NCBI GenBank assembly: GCA_965204575.1
Contig: OZ241993.1
Location: 640,001-704,000 of the forward strand
DNA length: 64,000 bases
From: an uncultured candidatus Porisulfidus sp.
Lineage (GTDB): Bacteria; Pseudomonadota; Gammaproteobacteria; Poriferisulfidales; Poriferisulfidaceae
Direction of reading: 5' to 3'
The position numbers and the translations under genes are program-made. Positions 8,732 through 18,561 of the stretch are shown piece by piece. Within the stretch, counting starts at the first letter, position 1. The number at the start of each line of letters is the position of its first letter. The notes beneath the pieces are model-generated. The model ran no database searches. It saw nothing but the letters and a program-made list of their open reading frames with translations, and was not told the DNA's origin.

Positions 8732-10936
8732 TCAGGCTCCCCACTGTTCCTGCCACGCCGTGAATTCGGATAGTCGAACACCATAGGGTGCCAGATTTCC
8801 CTCATGCAGTCCCAGTAGAGTCTTTTCAGCGATTTCACAAAAGCGGGGATGTTCCGGTTCGTCAATCCGCTCCCGCGCCCAAGTATCGATATGCGTAGCG
8901 GCCTGCTGCTTGTTCATGCGTTTGCGGACGACGGTACCGACGACTTCGCGCAGCGCGGTGCGGTGCCGCATGCGAAACGGGTCGGGCTCGCCTATGGACT
9001 GCCGTACGGCGGCATAGCGGGTGGCTGATCGCTCGTAGGCCCAAAGAAACATGTCTTTGAGCAATTCAATCCGATTCAACTCGTATACGCCTAGCATAGC
9101 CTCGGTGTAAAGCTGTTGGGAGACATCTTCGAAAGACAATGGAGACAGGTTTCTTTGGATCAGCGGAATGTTCGCGGCCAATCGCGAGACTCGCTTGTTG
9201 ACATCGTCGAATGGCTGCAAGTAGGGAAAATGCACCATTGCAAAGAAGGTCTGTTCAAAAGGGTCACGAATTGCTGAAGCAACGGCGAGGATCTGGTCAA
9301 AGCATTCTTCAATGAGTTGTGGCACTTCCAAGGGATGGAAGATCGAACCTCCGATTCCGACACCAGCGTGCCGAAGCCGTCCTTCTGCGTCGGGGTCGGG
9401 CAGCAAGTTGTTTGCCAGCAGTGCATGGAGGTTGAGCAGGGTATGTCGGTTAAACCCGATGTCCTCCACAGCCTCAACAAGAAATTCAATGGCCTCTTTA
9501 TGGTTGAGGATCATTTGCGCTTCAGCCCGTTTTTTCCCCTTCGCTTCTTTGCCAAGTTCAAACAGACGACTGGTTTCGAGCAGGGAATAGGTATTGCCTT
9601 CGAGACGGCTGGAGTTCCATGACAGGTCGATGAGCAGACGGTTCAGAATCTTCTTGGCATAGGTCCCGACGGGTTGCCCGGTGCTTTCCAACCGGCCCAC
9701 CTCCTGGAGGCGTTCACGTTCCACATCTGTGAGATAGAAGGTTTCGTTGGGTCGATAGGAATCAAGAAAGGATCGGTCGTAGCCGACGGGCCTGCGTGCC
9801 TCGACCGGCTGGCGGACATATTTCCGAATCTCGGCACCGGCCTCAGACAACGACGGCACAGCCTCAGCCTGAGCCTGGATTCCAGACGGTCCTGATGTGG
9901 TATGGACTTCCACGTTTATTGCCCTCGCAATCATTTTTTCCGTTTCTGGACATGTGTTGATCGGGAGCAGTTCGATTTCCGGGTGTTGCCGGGCGAAGAC
10001 CCGGAAGATCTCGTCTGCGAATGCCGGCCCGATGTTTTCTATCCCCTGGAAGTCAAACATAACCTTCTGGAACTTATCCACGCGCACCAGGAGCCGCTTG
10101 GCCTGGGAGCGGGAGATCAGCCTGTCCTCTCCTAGCTGAACCATCCGCACCGGAACAACCGTTTTGGTAAATCCCAAATCTTCTCCGGAAGTGAATTGAT
10201 TAAAGACTTCCTCTGTCGTTCTTGTTGTCTTGCTTTTCAGCTTCATGAACACGGAAGTCTCACCCAAATCTTGACTTCTTTCCAGAATCCAGTCTTCCTC
10301 CTCCCCGAATTCATGGGAGAAATAGATGCCGCCTGAAAGAATGGCAAACTCGTCGAATATTCTGGACGTGAAGAAGATTCCTTCTCCGGTATGACGATCA
10401 GGGTCGGTCGTCAGCTTGCCTTTTGACAGTTCTAGGATGGCATGGCGTTCGTCCAGCAGCCCCAATGTTTTTTGTATCTTCTTGAATATCCCGCACCCAT
10501 CGTCGTGGATCCACATTTCTGTACCCACTATGGTTCGAGTGATCCCCACCCGGATTATGGAGCCGTCAGAATGGTCAATTGCGTTGTTGAACATTTCATT
10601 AAAGCCGTAATGCCAAATACCTGATGCGTTGTCCGATAGGGAACCGAGTTGGTCTTCAACGTCTTGCGTCCAAACAACTTCTTCCATCAATTTCGGCTTG
10701 ATCTCGTAACGACCAACCCAACTGGACAGTGTTGCCAGCCGGTACCGGGTTGCGTTAGTCTTCCCGGACTGCTCAAGAATTCCCTCCTCGCAGAGTTGCC
10801 TTAAGTGCTTGTTCACGGCTTGGCGGGAAATCCCAAATCGCTCTGCCGTTTCTTTTGCTACGGCTTCCGACGACTCCCCGACTTGATCGAAGATATAACT
10901 CCTGATCTGCTCACTTCGGGTACGGAGTGTGACCAT
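8732..10936 (-). CDS. wHTH + GHKL/HATPase-like + DUF4325 (STAS-like) + Fic fusion protein
   Basis: FGISRQAVNKHL HTH; EMFNNAIDHS, DDGCGIF, HTGEGIFF; LISRSQAKR...DFQGIENIGPAFADEIFRVF; SWNSSRLEGN and YLQPFDDVNKRVSR Fic motif; GAGAGGG RBS before ATG. Confidence 0.8.
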   Translation of the reverse strand: MVTLRTRSEQIRSYIFDQVGESSEAVAKETAERFGISRQAVNKHLRQLCEEGILEQSGKTNATRYRLATLSSWVGRYEIKPKLMEEVVWTQDVEDQLGSLSDNASGIWHYGFNEMFNNAIDHSDGSIIRVGITRTIVGTEMWIHDDGCGIFKKIQKTLGLLDERHAILELSKGKLTTDPDRHTGEGIFFTSRIFDEFAILSGGIYFSHEFGEEEDWILERSQDLGETSVFMKLKSKTTRTTEEVFNQFTSGEDLGFTKTVVPVRMVQLGEDRLISRSQAKRLLVRVDKFQKVMFDFQGIENIGPAFADEIFRVFARQHPEIELLPINTCPETEKMIARAINVEVHTTSGPSGIQAQAEAVPSLSEAGAEIRKYVRQPVEARRPVGYDRSFLDSYRPNETFYLTDVERERLQEVGRLESTGQPVGTYAKKILNRLLIDLSWNSSRLEGNTYSLLETSRLFELGKEAKGKKRAEAQMILNHKEAIEFLVEAVEDIGFNRHTLLNLHALLANNLLPDPDAEGRLRHAGVGIGGSIFHPLEVPQLIEECFDQILAVASAIRDPFEQTFFAMVHFPYLQPFDDVNKRVSRLAANIPLIQRNLSPLSFEDVSQQLYTEAMLGVYELNRIELLKDMFLWAYERSATRYAAVRQSIGEPDPFRMRHRTALREVVGTVVRKRMNKQQAATHIDTWARERIDEPEHPRFCEIAEKTLLGLHEGNLAPYGVRLSEFTAWQEQWGA

Positions 10937-10966
10937 TGTCAATATTCCCTCTCGGATTCTCGAATA

Positions 10967-11021
10967 TTGGAAACTTTGCCATGAATAATTGTAAACTTTA
11001 GTGCCGATAGTTGTCAACTTT
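10967..11021. promoter_or_regulatory. three 11-bp direct repeats with 22-bp period
   Basis: TTGGAAACTTT (10967), TTGTAAACTTT (10989), TTGTCAACTTT (11011) upstream of the wHTH-Fic gene. Confidence 0.7.
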
Positions 11022-11091
11022 TTGGCTTGAATTGATTGATAGTTCTTGCGCTGTGCTGCGTAAGGAAGATTGACAAATGGAGAGGAACTAT

Positions 11092-11110
11092 AATAATAGT
11101 CATTCTCATT
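11092..11110. promoter_or_regulatory. putative Fur box
   Basis: AATAATAGTCATTCTCATT next to TTGACA/TATAAT-like hexamers, just upstream of an Fe(III) ABC operon. Confidence 0.7.
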
Positions 11111-11126
11111 ACCACCCCCTTTTGCA

Positions 11127-12128
11127 ATGAAGAAGCTCGCCCTGGCTTTGCTGGTATTTCTCGCGGTTCAACCCGCCTTGATGGCAGCCGACTCGGTCAC
11201 GCTGACGCTGTATTCCTCGCGCAAGGCGCATCTGATCGAGCCGGTGCTGGAGCTCTATACAAAGCAGACCGGCATCCAGTTCAACCTGCATACCGGGAAG
11301 CCGGGCCCGATCCTTGAACGCCTTGCCGCAGCGGGCAAAAACGGTGGAGCCGACATCCTCTTGACGGTGGACGCCGGGAACCTCTGGCATGCCGCCGAGC
11401 GTGGCTTGCTTGTGCCGGTTGATTCCGAAGCACTAGTCCAATCCGTTCCGGCCGCTTTGCGCGATCCGGAGAACCGCTGGTTCGGATTCTCGAAAAGGGC
11501 GCGCACTCTGGCTTACAACACCGAAAAAATTTCCCCCGACGACCTTTCCTCCTACGAGGATTTGGCAGATCCGAAGTGGAAGGGAAGGCTTTGCCTGCGC
11601 ACCTCCAAGAAAGTCTACAACCAGTCGCTGGTCGCGACCCTGATCGCGCATCACGGCGAAGAAGCGACCGAAGAGATCGTGAAGGGTTGGGTGGCCAACC
11701 TCGCGGCCGAACCTTTTTCCAACGACACCAAGGTTCTGCAGGCGGTTGCGATGGGGCAGTGCGACGTCACCATCGCCAACACTTACTACTATGGCCGGTT
11801 GATGCGCAAGGAGCCGGATCTCAAGCTTGCCCTGTTCTGGCCGAATCAGGACTCCCAGGGCGTCCACGTCAATATTTCCGGCGGGAGCCTTCTGACGGTC
11901 TCCTCTCACCCCGAGGCGGCGCAAGCGTTTCTCGAATGGTTGGCGCAGCCCGAGGCCCAGGGCTTATTCGCTGAACTCAACTTGGAATACCCGGTTCGGG
12001 AAGACATCCCCCCGGCACCGGAAGTCCAGGCTTGGGGTGAATTCCAAGGGGATTCGCTGAATCTCGCTGAAGCAGGCCGCCTGCAGGCGGAAGCCGTGCG
12101 CCTGATGGATCGGGTTGGCTATCGCTGA
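11127..12128 (+). CDS. fbpA: Fe(III) ABC transporter substrate-binding protein (FbpA/FutA)
   Basis: Signal peptide, YSSRK, TVDAGNL, YNQSL, NTYYYG, HVNISG. Confidence 0.92.
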   Translation: MKKLALALLVFLAVQPALMAADSVTLTLYSSRKAHLIEPVLELYTKQTGIQFNLHTGKPGPILERLAAAGKNGGADILLTVDAGNLWHAAERGLLVPVDSEALVQSVPAALRDPENRWFGFSKRARTLAYNTEKISPDDLSSYEDLADPKWKGRLCLRTSKKVYNQSLVATLIAHHGEEATEEIVKGWVANLAAEPFSNDTKVLQAVAMGQCDVTIANTYYYGRLMRKEPDLKLALFWPNQDSQGVHVNISGGSLLTVSSHPEAAQAFLEWLAQPEAQGLFAELNLEYPVREDIPPAPEVQAWGEFQGDSLNLAEAGRLQAEAVRLMDRVGYR

Positions 12129-13761
12129 ACCTTCCAGTGCCGTGACATTGGTTACCGGCTTTTCCGGTCGTTTCTGGTATTGGGGTAGCCGGTTTCTAGC
12201 GGCGGCCATTCTGGTCCCGCTGATCGTGATCTTCGGAGCCTGGTTGGCTCCGGCCACCGAGGTCTGGGGGCATCTGGCGGCGACCGTACTCCCGACGCTG
12301 GTCGGCAATACTCTGCTGCTGATCTTCGGCGTCACGACTGGCACCCTGATTCTTGGGGTCAGCCTAGCCTGGTTGGTCAGCACCTGCGAGTTCCCGGGGC
12401 GACGCTGGCTCGATTGGGCACTGATGTTGCCGTTCGCTCTGCCCACTTACGTGATGGCGTTCGTATTTCTCGGGCTGCTCGACTTTCAGGGGCCCGTGCA
12501 GGGGTTTTTGAGGCAGGTTTTCGGTCTGCCGGCCTCCTGGAGCATTGAAGCACGGCATTCCGCCGGCGTTCTGGCCGTCATGGTGCTGGTGCTGTACCCC
12601 TACGTCTATTTGCTGGCGCGAGTGGCCTTTCTGAAGCAGGGCCGGGCTGCGCTGGAAGCGGCCCGTACGCTGGGCATGACGGCACGGGAAAGTTTCTTTC
12701 GGGTCGCCCTGCCGATGGCTCGTCCAGCGATTATCGGGGGCGTTAGCTTGGCCGTCATGGAGGCGCTGGCCGATTTCGGCGCGGTCGCCGTATTCAACTA
12801 CGACACGTTCACCACGGCCATCTACAAGGCCTGGTTCGGCTTCTTCGATCTCAATGCCGCCAGCCAGTTGGCATCCCTGCTGCTTACGTTCGTTTTCATT
12901 CTGTTGTACCTGGAGCGCTACGGGCGCGGAAGGGCCCGATTCGACGACAGCGGCAGCGCGCCGAATCTTCGCACTTACCGCCTGCATGGCCTCCGCGCGG
13001 TGGCGGCAAGCACGTACTGTGGCTTGATTCTGCTTCTGGCGTTCATCATTCCGATGGCGCAACTCCTGCTGTGGGCCTGGAACTGGACCGACGACCTGGA
13101 TTTTGCCTATCTGTCGCTGCTGAGCCACACCCTGGCCTTGGGCGCCATGGCGGCCGTAGCAACTACGGCGGGAGGTCTGATTCTTGCTTATGCCCTGCGA
13201 CGCGACACAAGTTGGCTAACCCGGACGAGCGTGCGCATTGGCACTTTGGGCTACGCCATCCCGGGTTCGGTGCTGGCAGTGGCCGTGATGTGGTCGTTGG
13301 GTTGGATTGATCGCCAAGTCGCCGAAATATGGTTGTGGTTGACCGGAACCGAGGCGACATGGTTCTTTGTCGGCAGCGTGTTCAGTCTTATACTGGCTTA
13401 CTTCGCCCGGTTCCTGGCACTGGCGTTCAACCCGATCGACAGCGCGCTGGAGCGGGTCCGCCCCAGCATGCGGGAAGCCGCACAATCGTTGGGCTTCAGC
13501 GGGGTAGCGCTGGTGTGGCGGATTTACATCCCGATCCTGCGCCCCGGCCTGCTGACGGCGGCGTTATTAGTCTTGGTTGACGTGATGAAGGAAATGCCGG
13601 CCACCTTGCTGCTGCGCCCGTTCGGCTGGGATACGCTGGCGGTCCGGATTTACGGCCTGTCTTCGGAAGGCCTCTGGGAGCGGGCCGCGCTGCCGTCGGT
13701 GGCGCTGGTGGCGGCGGGCCTGATTCCGGTGTTCCTTCTGGCTGTTCGCGGCCGACGCTGA
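12115..13761 (+). CDS. fbpB: Fe(III) ABC transporter permease
   Basis: FPGRR, YPYVYLL, two EAA loops, DFGAV, KEMPATLLLRPF. Confidence 0.92.
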   Translation: MAIAEPSSAVTLVTGFSGRFWYWGSRFLAAAILVPLIVIFGAWLAPATEVWGHLAATVLPTLVGNTLLLIFGVTTGTLILGVSLAWLVSTCEFPGRRWLDWALMLPFALPTYVMAFVFLGLLDFQGPVQGFLRQVFGLPASWSIEARHSAGVLAVMVLVLYPYVYLLARVAFLKQGRAALEAARTLGMTARESFFRVALPMARPAIIGGVSLAVMEALADFGAVAVFNYDTFTTAIYKAWFGFFDLNAASQLASLLLTFVFILLYLERYGRGRARFDDSGSAPNLRTYRLHGLRAVAASTYCGLILLLAFIIPMAQLLLWAWNWTDDLDFAYLSLLSHTLALGAMAAVATTAGGLILAYALRRDTSWLTRTSVRIGTLGYAIPGSVLAVAVMWSLGWIDRQVAEIWLWLTGTEATWFFVGSVFSLILAYFARFLALAFNPIDSALERVRPSMREAAQSLGFSGVALVWRIYIPILRPGLLTAALLVLVDVMKEMPATLLLRPFGWDTLAVRIYGLSSEGLWERAALPSVALVAAGLIPVFLLAVRGRR

Positions 13762-13770
13762 GAGAGGATC

Positions 13771-14826
13771 ATGGCGCTTCTGGAAGTCGAAAAAATTTCC
13801 TGCACCTACGGTGACGGTCCGGCGCTGCGCGATTTTTCATTCGAAGTCGTGCAGGGGGAGATTGCCGCCTTGCTGGGGCCGTCCGGCGGCGGCAAGACGA
13901 CCACGTTGCGCGCCATCTTGGGTTTCGAGCCGATCTTGGAGGGAGAGATCCGCATCGCGGGCGAGGTCATGTCCCGACCGGGGTTCAACGTTCCGCCGGA
14001 GCGCCGGCCGGTCGGCATGGTGTTCCAGGACCGCGCATTGTTTCCGCACCTGACGGTGGAGCAGAATATCGCCATTGGGATCCGCCGAGAACCCAAAACC
14101 GATCAGGACCGGATTGTTCGAAACCTGCTGGAAATCGTCGGCCTGGAACACTGCATTTCCCGCTTTCCGCACGAGTTGTCCGGCGGGCAGCAAGAACGGG
14201 TGGCATTGGCTCGGGCCCTGGCTCCGCAGCCGCGCCTGCTGTTGCTCGACGAACCATTCGCCAGCCTCGACATCGACCTGCGCGAACGGCTGAGTTTCGA
14301 GGTCCGAAACATCCTCAAGGAAACCGGCTCCACGGCAGTTGTCGTGACGCACTACCAGGATGAAGCTTTTGCCATGGGTGATCAGGTCGGGATTATCGAG
14401 GACGGTGCCATTCTGCAATGGGACACGCCGTTCAACATCTACCATCGCCCGGTTTCCCGACAGGTCGCGAGCCTTGTCGGCCGAGGAGTCTTTATCGAGG
14501 GCATCCTGCGCGAAGCAGGGGCCTTTGATACCGAAATCGGCCGGGTTCAAGACGAGCACCACACCTATCCGAATCCCCCGGGAACACGCATGGACATCCT
14601 GCTGCGCCCGGATGACGTGCTGATCGACCCGGAGGGCGCGATTCCCGCCACGGTGATCGAAAAGGCCTTCAAGGGCGACGACACCCTGTACACGCTGCGG
14701 TTGCCATCCGGCACCCGACTGCTGGCGCTGGCTTCCAGCCACAGGGACTTGGAAATAGGGGAACAGACCGGCTTGAGCTTCGACTTGGAACATTTGGTGG
14801 CGTTTCCCCAGCTGCCGGACGCCTAA
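13771..14826 (+). CDS. fbpC: Fe(III) ABC transporter ATP-binding protein
   Basis: GPSGGGKT, LSGGQQERVALARAL, LLLDEPF, TOBE-like C-terminus. Confidence 0.92.
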   Translation: MALLEVEKISCTYGDGPALRDFSFEVVQGEIAALLGPSGGGKTTTLRAILGFEPILEGEIRIAGEVMSRPGFNVPPERRPVGMVFQDRALFPHLTVEQNIAIGIRREPKTDQDRIVRNLLEIVGLEHCISRFPHELSGGQQERVALARALAPQPRLLLLDEPFASLDIDLRERLSFEVRNILKETGSTAVVVTHYQDEAFAMGDQVGIIEDGAILQWDTPFNIYHRPVSRQVASLVGRGVFIEGILREAGAFDTEIGRVQDEHHTYPNPPGTRMDILLRPDDVLIDPEGAIPATVIEKAFKGDDTLYTLRLPSGTRLLALASSHRDLEIGEQTGLSFDLEHLVAFPQLPDA

Positions 14827-14842
14827 AGTTATAATGTTACAG
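14826..14842. promoter_or_regulatory. possible Zur box
   Basis: AAGTTATAATGTTACAG, resembling TGTTAT-n-ATAACA, upstream of zur-znuCB. Confidence 0.5.
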
Positions 14843-14882
14843 TGCAATCGCCGGAGCTGATCCTGTCCGCGTGGTGACCCGA

Positions 14883-15383
14883 ATGACCGCTGCATCCCTG
14901 CCGCCGACCTCCCCGCACGACCACCAGTCCTGCATCTCGGATACCTTGGCGCACGCAGAGGCGGTCTGCCAGAGCCGCAACAAGCGGCTGACCGAAAACC
15001 GGCGGGCAGTTTTGGAGTTGCTGCTCGACAGCCATTGCGCCCTTGGCGCCTACGAGATTCTCAGGCGTTTCGACTGGGGCGGGCGTGCCCGAGCCCCGGT
15101 CCAGGTATACCGGGCGCTTAATTTCCTGGAGTCCATGGGGCTGGTGCACCGTGTTGCCAGCAGCAATGCTTATGTCGCCTGCTCCCGGCTCACCGAGCAG
15201 CACGGCGCTGTACTTTTCGTGTGCAAGGCCTGCGGTGTTGTCATGGAGGGTGAAGAACTCGAGCTGGAATCAATGATGGATCGATTAGCCCGGCAATCCG
15301 GTTTCACGATCCATACCCGGTTGCTGGAGGCCGTCGGATATTGCCCCAATTGCACTGAAGAGACAGAAGATGCCGACGCATGA
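14883..15383 (+). CDS. zur: zinc uptake regulator (Fur family)
   Basis: HDHQSC, LGAYEIL, VYRALNFL, CKACG and CPNC. Confidence 0.88.
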   Translation: MTAASLPPTSPHDHQSCISDTLAHAEAVCQSRNKRLTENRRAVLELLLDSHCALGAYEILRRFDWGGRARAPVQVYRALNFLESMGLVHRVASSNAYVACSRLTEQHGAVLFVCKACGVVMEGEELELESMMDRLARQSGFTIHTRLLEAVGYCPNCTEETEDADA

Positions 15384-16104
15384 TTCGGGCGAACCTCTGG
15401 TCTGCGTTCGTTCTGCGGGAGTGCACCGGGGTGGGCGTTGGATCATTCACGACGTAAATCTCGAAATTCGCCCGGGTGAGGTCGTGACCGTGGTCGGCCC
15501 CAACGGGGCTGGCAAGAGCACCTTGCTCAAGACCCTGCTGGGACTGTACCGCCCGGATGCGGGAAGTGTGACTCGTGTTTCCGGGCTCCAGGTTGGCTAC
15601 GTGCCGCCTACCGACCCGGTTCAGTTCGACCTTCCGTTGACGGTGCGACGTTTGATGACACTGACTTCTCCCCGTCCCGCCAGCACCATTGCGGATGCCT
15701 TGCGGGAAACCGGTGCCGACCACCTGTCCGGCTCCCAGGTCAGTGAACTCTCGCACGGCGAATTCCAGCGGGTCATGCTGGCCCGGGCACTGTCACGCAA
15801 TCCTGATCTTCTGGTGATGGATGAGCCGCTGCGGGGCATTGATTTCTCCAGCGAGGCGGAGCTGTACCAATTGATCTCGGAGGTCGTCGAACACCGGGGA
15901 TGCGCGGCGTTGATGACCAGCCACGACCTGCATTACGTGATGAGTCGGACCGACCGGGTCGTCTGCCTGAATGGGACGATCCGTTGCATGGGGGCACCGG
16001 AAGACACGGTGGACCACCCGGAATTCCACCAGTTGTTCGGGACTCGTGCGGAAGCCTACCGCCATGTCCGCCATCAGTGCCAAGGCGAGTCGCCGGACGC
16101 CTGA
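15370..16104 (+). CDS. znuC: zinc ABC transporter ATP-binding protein
   Basis: GPNGAGKST, LPLTVRR, SHDLHYVM, VVCLNG..C.GAPE. Confidence 0.88.
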   Translation: MPTHDSGEPLVCVRSAGVHRGGRWIIHDVNLEIRPGEVVTVVGPNGAGKSTLLKTLLGLYRPDAGSVTRVSGLQVGYVPPTDPVQFDLPLTVRRLMTLTSPRPASTIADALRETGADHLSGSQVSELSHGEFQRVMLARALSRNPDLLVMDEPLRGIDFSSEAELYQLISEVVEHRGCAALMTSHDLHYVMSRTDRVVCLNGTIRCMGAPEDTVDHPEFHQLFGTRAEAYRHVRHQCQGESPDA

Positions 16105-16115
16105 TTCTCCCGCCC

Positions 16116-16976
16116 GTGTTGGACGATTTTTTCTTTCGCGCCCTGCTCGCAGCTCTGGCTGTCGCGGTGGTGGCCGGGCCGACCGGTTGCGTGATCCTGT
16201 GGCAGCGCAAGGCCTATTTTGGCGACACCATGGCGCATTCCGCGCTGCTCGGCGTGGTGCTTGGCGTGATCCTGGGGCTCAACCCGGAAGTCGGGGTGTT
16301 TGGGGTTGCATTTCTGGTGGCGGTGGCGGTGGTGCTGCTGCAGCGAATATCGCGCTTGGCGGGCGACACGATCCTGGGTGTGCTGGCGCATTCGACTCTC
16401 GCAATCGGCCTCGTCGCCATGGCCTTGACGGACAACTACCGACAGTATGAATTAACCGCCTACCTGTTCGGGGATGTGTTGGCGGTCGGCCGGGAAGAAC
16501 TGGTTCTGATTGGGTTGGGCGGACTGCTCGGCCTTGCGATGCTGGCAATGATCTGGCGCCCGCTGGTGGCGGCAACCCTGCATGAGGGCATGGCGGCGGC
16601 CGAAGGCGCGAAACCTTTGCGCAACCAACTCCTTTACATGGCCTTGGTGGCTGCCGTGGTGGCGGTGGGCATGCAGGTGGTCGGTGCCTTGCTGGTCGTC
16701 GCGCTGATGATCGTTCCGGCCGCGGCAGCACGCACTTTGGCCCGCACTCCGGAACAAATGGCACTGGTCGCGGTGTTGGTCGCCGCGCTTTCCAGCGTAC
16801 TGGGGCTGTACGGTTCTCTTTGGCTCGACACTCCGGCCGGGCCGACCATCGTGTCAGTGGCCGCGTTTCTCTTTTTGGGGTGCCTTGCGTTTGACGGGGG
16901 GGTCCAGCAATTGAGCCGGAGCCGGAGCCGGGGCGTCAGGCGTGGCGTTGCTCGTGCTCCAGAAGGCGACGCTTAA
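16116..16976 (+). CDS. znuB: zinc ABC transporter permease
   Basis: LDDFFFRAL, YFGDTMAHSALLG, YLFGDVL, DTPAGPTIV. Confidence 0.88.
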   Translation: MLDDFFFRALLAALAVAVVAGPTGCVILWQRKAYFGDTMAHSALLGVVLGVILGLNPEVGVFGVAFLVAVAVVLLQRISRLAGDTILGVLAHSTLAIGLVAMALTDNYRQYELTAYLFGDVLAVGREELVLIGLGGLLGLAMLAMIWRPLVAATLHEGMAAAEGAKPLRNQLLYMALVAAVVAVGMQVVGALLVVALMIVPAAAARTLARTPEQMALVAVLVAALSSVLGLYGSLWLDTPAGPTIVSVAAFLFLGCLAFDGGVQQLSRSRSRGVRRGVARAPEGDA

Positions 16977-17451
16977 TTTCTAAAAGTTCCGCTCCTTTCT
17001 CGGGGATCAACGGTCCGCCGTAACCTCCGAGACCGTTTTTTCCGACCACGCGGTGGCAGGGCACGACGACACAGAGCGGGTTGCGACCGTTGGCAGTGCC
17101 GACTGAACGCGGGCTACCTCCGGCTTTTTGGGCGATGTCGGTATAAGTCCGGATCTGCCCGTAGGGAATTTCCAGAAGCGTGCTCCACACCTTGCGGCGG
17201 TACTCGGTGGCGGGACTGTCCAAGTCGAGGGATGAAAGCGGAAGATCGAACGTCTGACGCTTTCCTTCGAAGTATTCCCGGAGTTGCTGCGCGGCAGCGC
17301 GGGTCAAAGCGTTTGGATGATCCGGACGTCGCTTCCGACTGTCTAGGTTGAAGAAGATCGCCGACACGCCGTGCCGGTCGGTATAGATTTCAATCGGTGC
17401 ATCGAGAGGCGTGTCGAAACTCTGGAAGCCGGTGGCGTTCGACACGGCCAT
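16936..17451 (-). CDS. ogt: methylated-DNA-protein-cysteine methyltransferase
   Basis: IPYGQIRTY, RSVGTANGRNP, VPCHRVV. Confidence 0.9.
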   Translation of the reverse strand: MAVSNATGFQSFDTPLDAPIEIYTDRHGVSAIFFNLDSRKRRPDHPNALTRAAAQQLREYFEGKRQTFDLPLSSLDLDSPATEYRRKVWSTLLEIPYGQIRTYTDIAQKAGGSPRSVGTANGRNPLCVVVPCHRVVGKNGLGGYGGPLIPEKGAELLEIKRRLLEHEQRHA

Positions 17452-17455
17452 GGAA

Positions 17456-17812
17456 TTACCCGCCGAGCTTTTCCTGGATGCGGGCGGCCTTGCCAGTGCG
17501 GCCGCGGAGGTAATACAACTTCGCGCGACGCACTTTTCCGCGGCGCTTGACATTGATCGAGTCGATCAGCGGGCTGTGCATTTGGAACACTCGCTCCACG
17601 CCTTCACCGTGTGAGATTTTCCGCACCGTGAAAGAAGAATTCAAACCGCGGTTGCGCCGGGCGATCACCACGCCTTCGAATATCTGCAAGCGCTCGCGTT
17701 CGCCTTCCCGAACCTTGACCGAGACTGCCACCGTGTCGCCCGGGGCGAATTCAACATCCGCCAGGTCTTGGCGCATTTGGGCGCTTTCCAGTTTCTCAAT
17801 CGTCGCGCTCAC
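17456..17812 (-). CDS. rplS: 50S ribosomal protein L19
   Basis: [31 protein letters not shown]. Confidence 0.97.
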   Translation of the reverse strand: MSATIEKLESAQMRQDLADVEFAPGDTVAVSVKVREGERERLQIFEGVVIARRNRGLNSSFTVRKISHGEGVERVFQMHSPLIDSINVKRRGKVRRAKLYYLRGRTGKAARIQEKLGG

Positions 17813-18557
17813 GGTTCTTGTCCTCAGAGGTTGCGTTCAGGTATTCGTCCAGCAATGCCTGGTCTTCCGCCGACAGTGCGGCACGTCCAAGCAAGTCCGG
17901 GCGGCGTCGATAGGTGCGTCCGAGCATTTCCCGCCGTCGCCAGCGTTCTATTTTGCCATGATCGCCGGTTAAAAGCACCTCCGGCACGCGCAGGCCGTCG
18001 ATTTCTTCCGGCCGGGTGTAGTGCGGGTAGTCCAGGAGCCCCTCGCTGAACGAATCCTGTCCAGCCGATTCCGCACAGCCGAGAACGCCCGGCAGCAAGC
18101 GGGCAACGGCGTCGACCACCACGGCTGCGGCCAACTCGCCGCCGGACAGCACGTAGTCGCCGACTGACCACTCGGCGTCGACCCGTTGCTGCAGAAAGCG
18201 TTCGTCGATCCCTTCATAGCGCCCGGCGACCAGGATCAAGCCGTTTTCTTCCGTCGTCTCTTGCGCCCGCGCCTGGGTAAAGGGGATTCCCTGCGGGGTC
18301 AGTGCGATCGTGCGGGCTTCCGGGTTCGCCCGGCGTGCCGCTTCGTGCGCCCGCGCCAGCGGTTCGTACTGCATGACCATGCCGGGCCCGCCGCCATAGG
18401 GGCGATCATCAACGGCGCGATGCGGGTCTTCGGTGAAATCACGAGGATTAATGCAATGAACTTCCAGTTTTCCTTGAGCGCACGCCCGGCCGACCACCCC
18501 TTCGGAGACAACGGCCTCGACAATTCCCGGAAACAGTGCGACGACATCAAAGCGCAT
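17796..18557 (-). CDS. trmD: tRNA (guanine-N1)-methyltransferase
   Basis: [34 protein letters not shown]. Confidence 0.97.
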   Translation of the reverse strand: MRFDVVALFPGIVEAVVSEGVVGRACAQGKLEVHCINPRDFTEDPHRAVDDRPYGGGPGMVMQYEPLARAHEAARRANPEARTIALTPQGIPFTQARAQETTEENGLILVAGRYEGIDERFLQQRVDAEWSVGDYVLSGGELAAAVVVDAVARLLPGVLGCAESAGQDSFSEGLLDYPHYTRPEEIDGLRVPEVLLTGDHGKIERWRRREMLGRTYRRRPDLLGRAALSAEDQALLDEYLNATSEDKNRERDD

Positions 18558-18561
18558 GACG

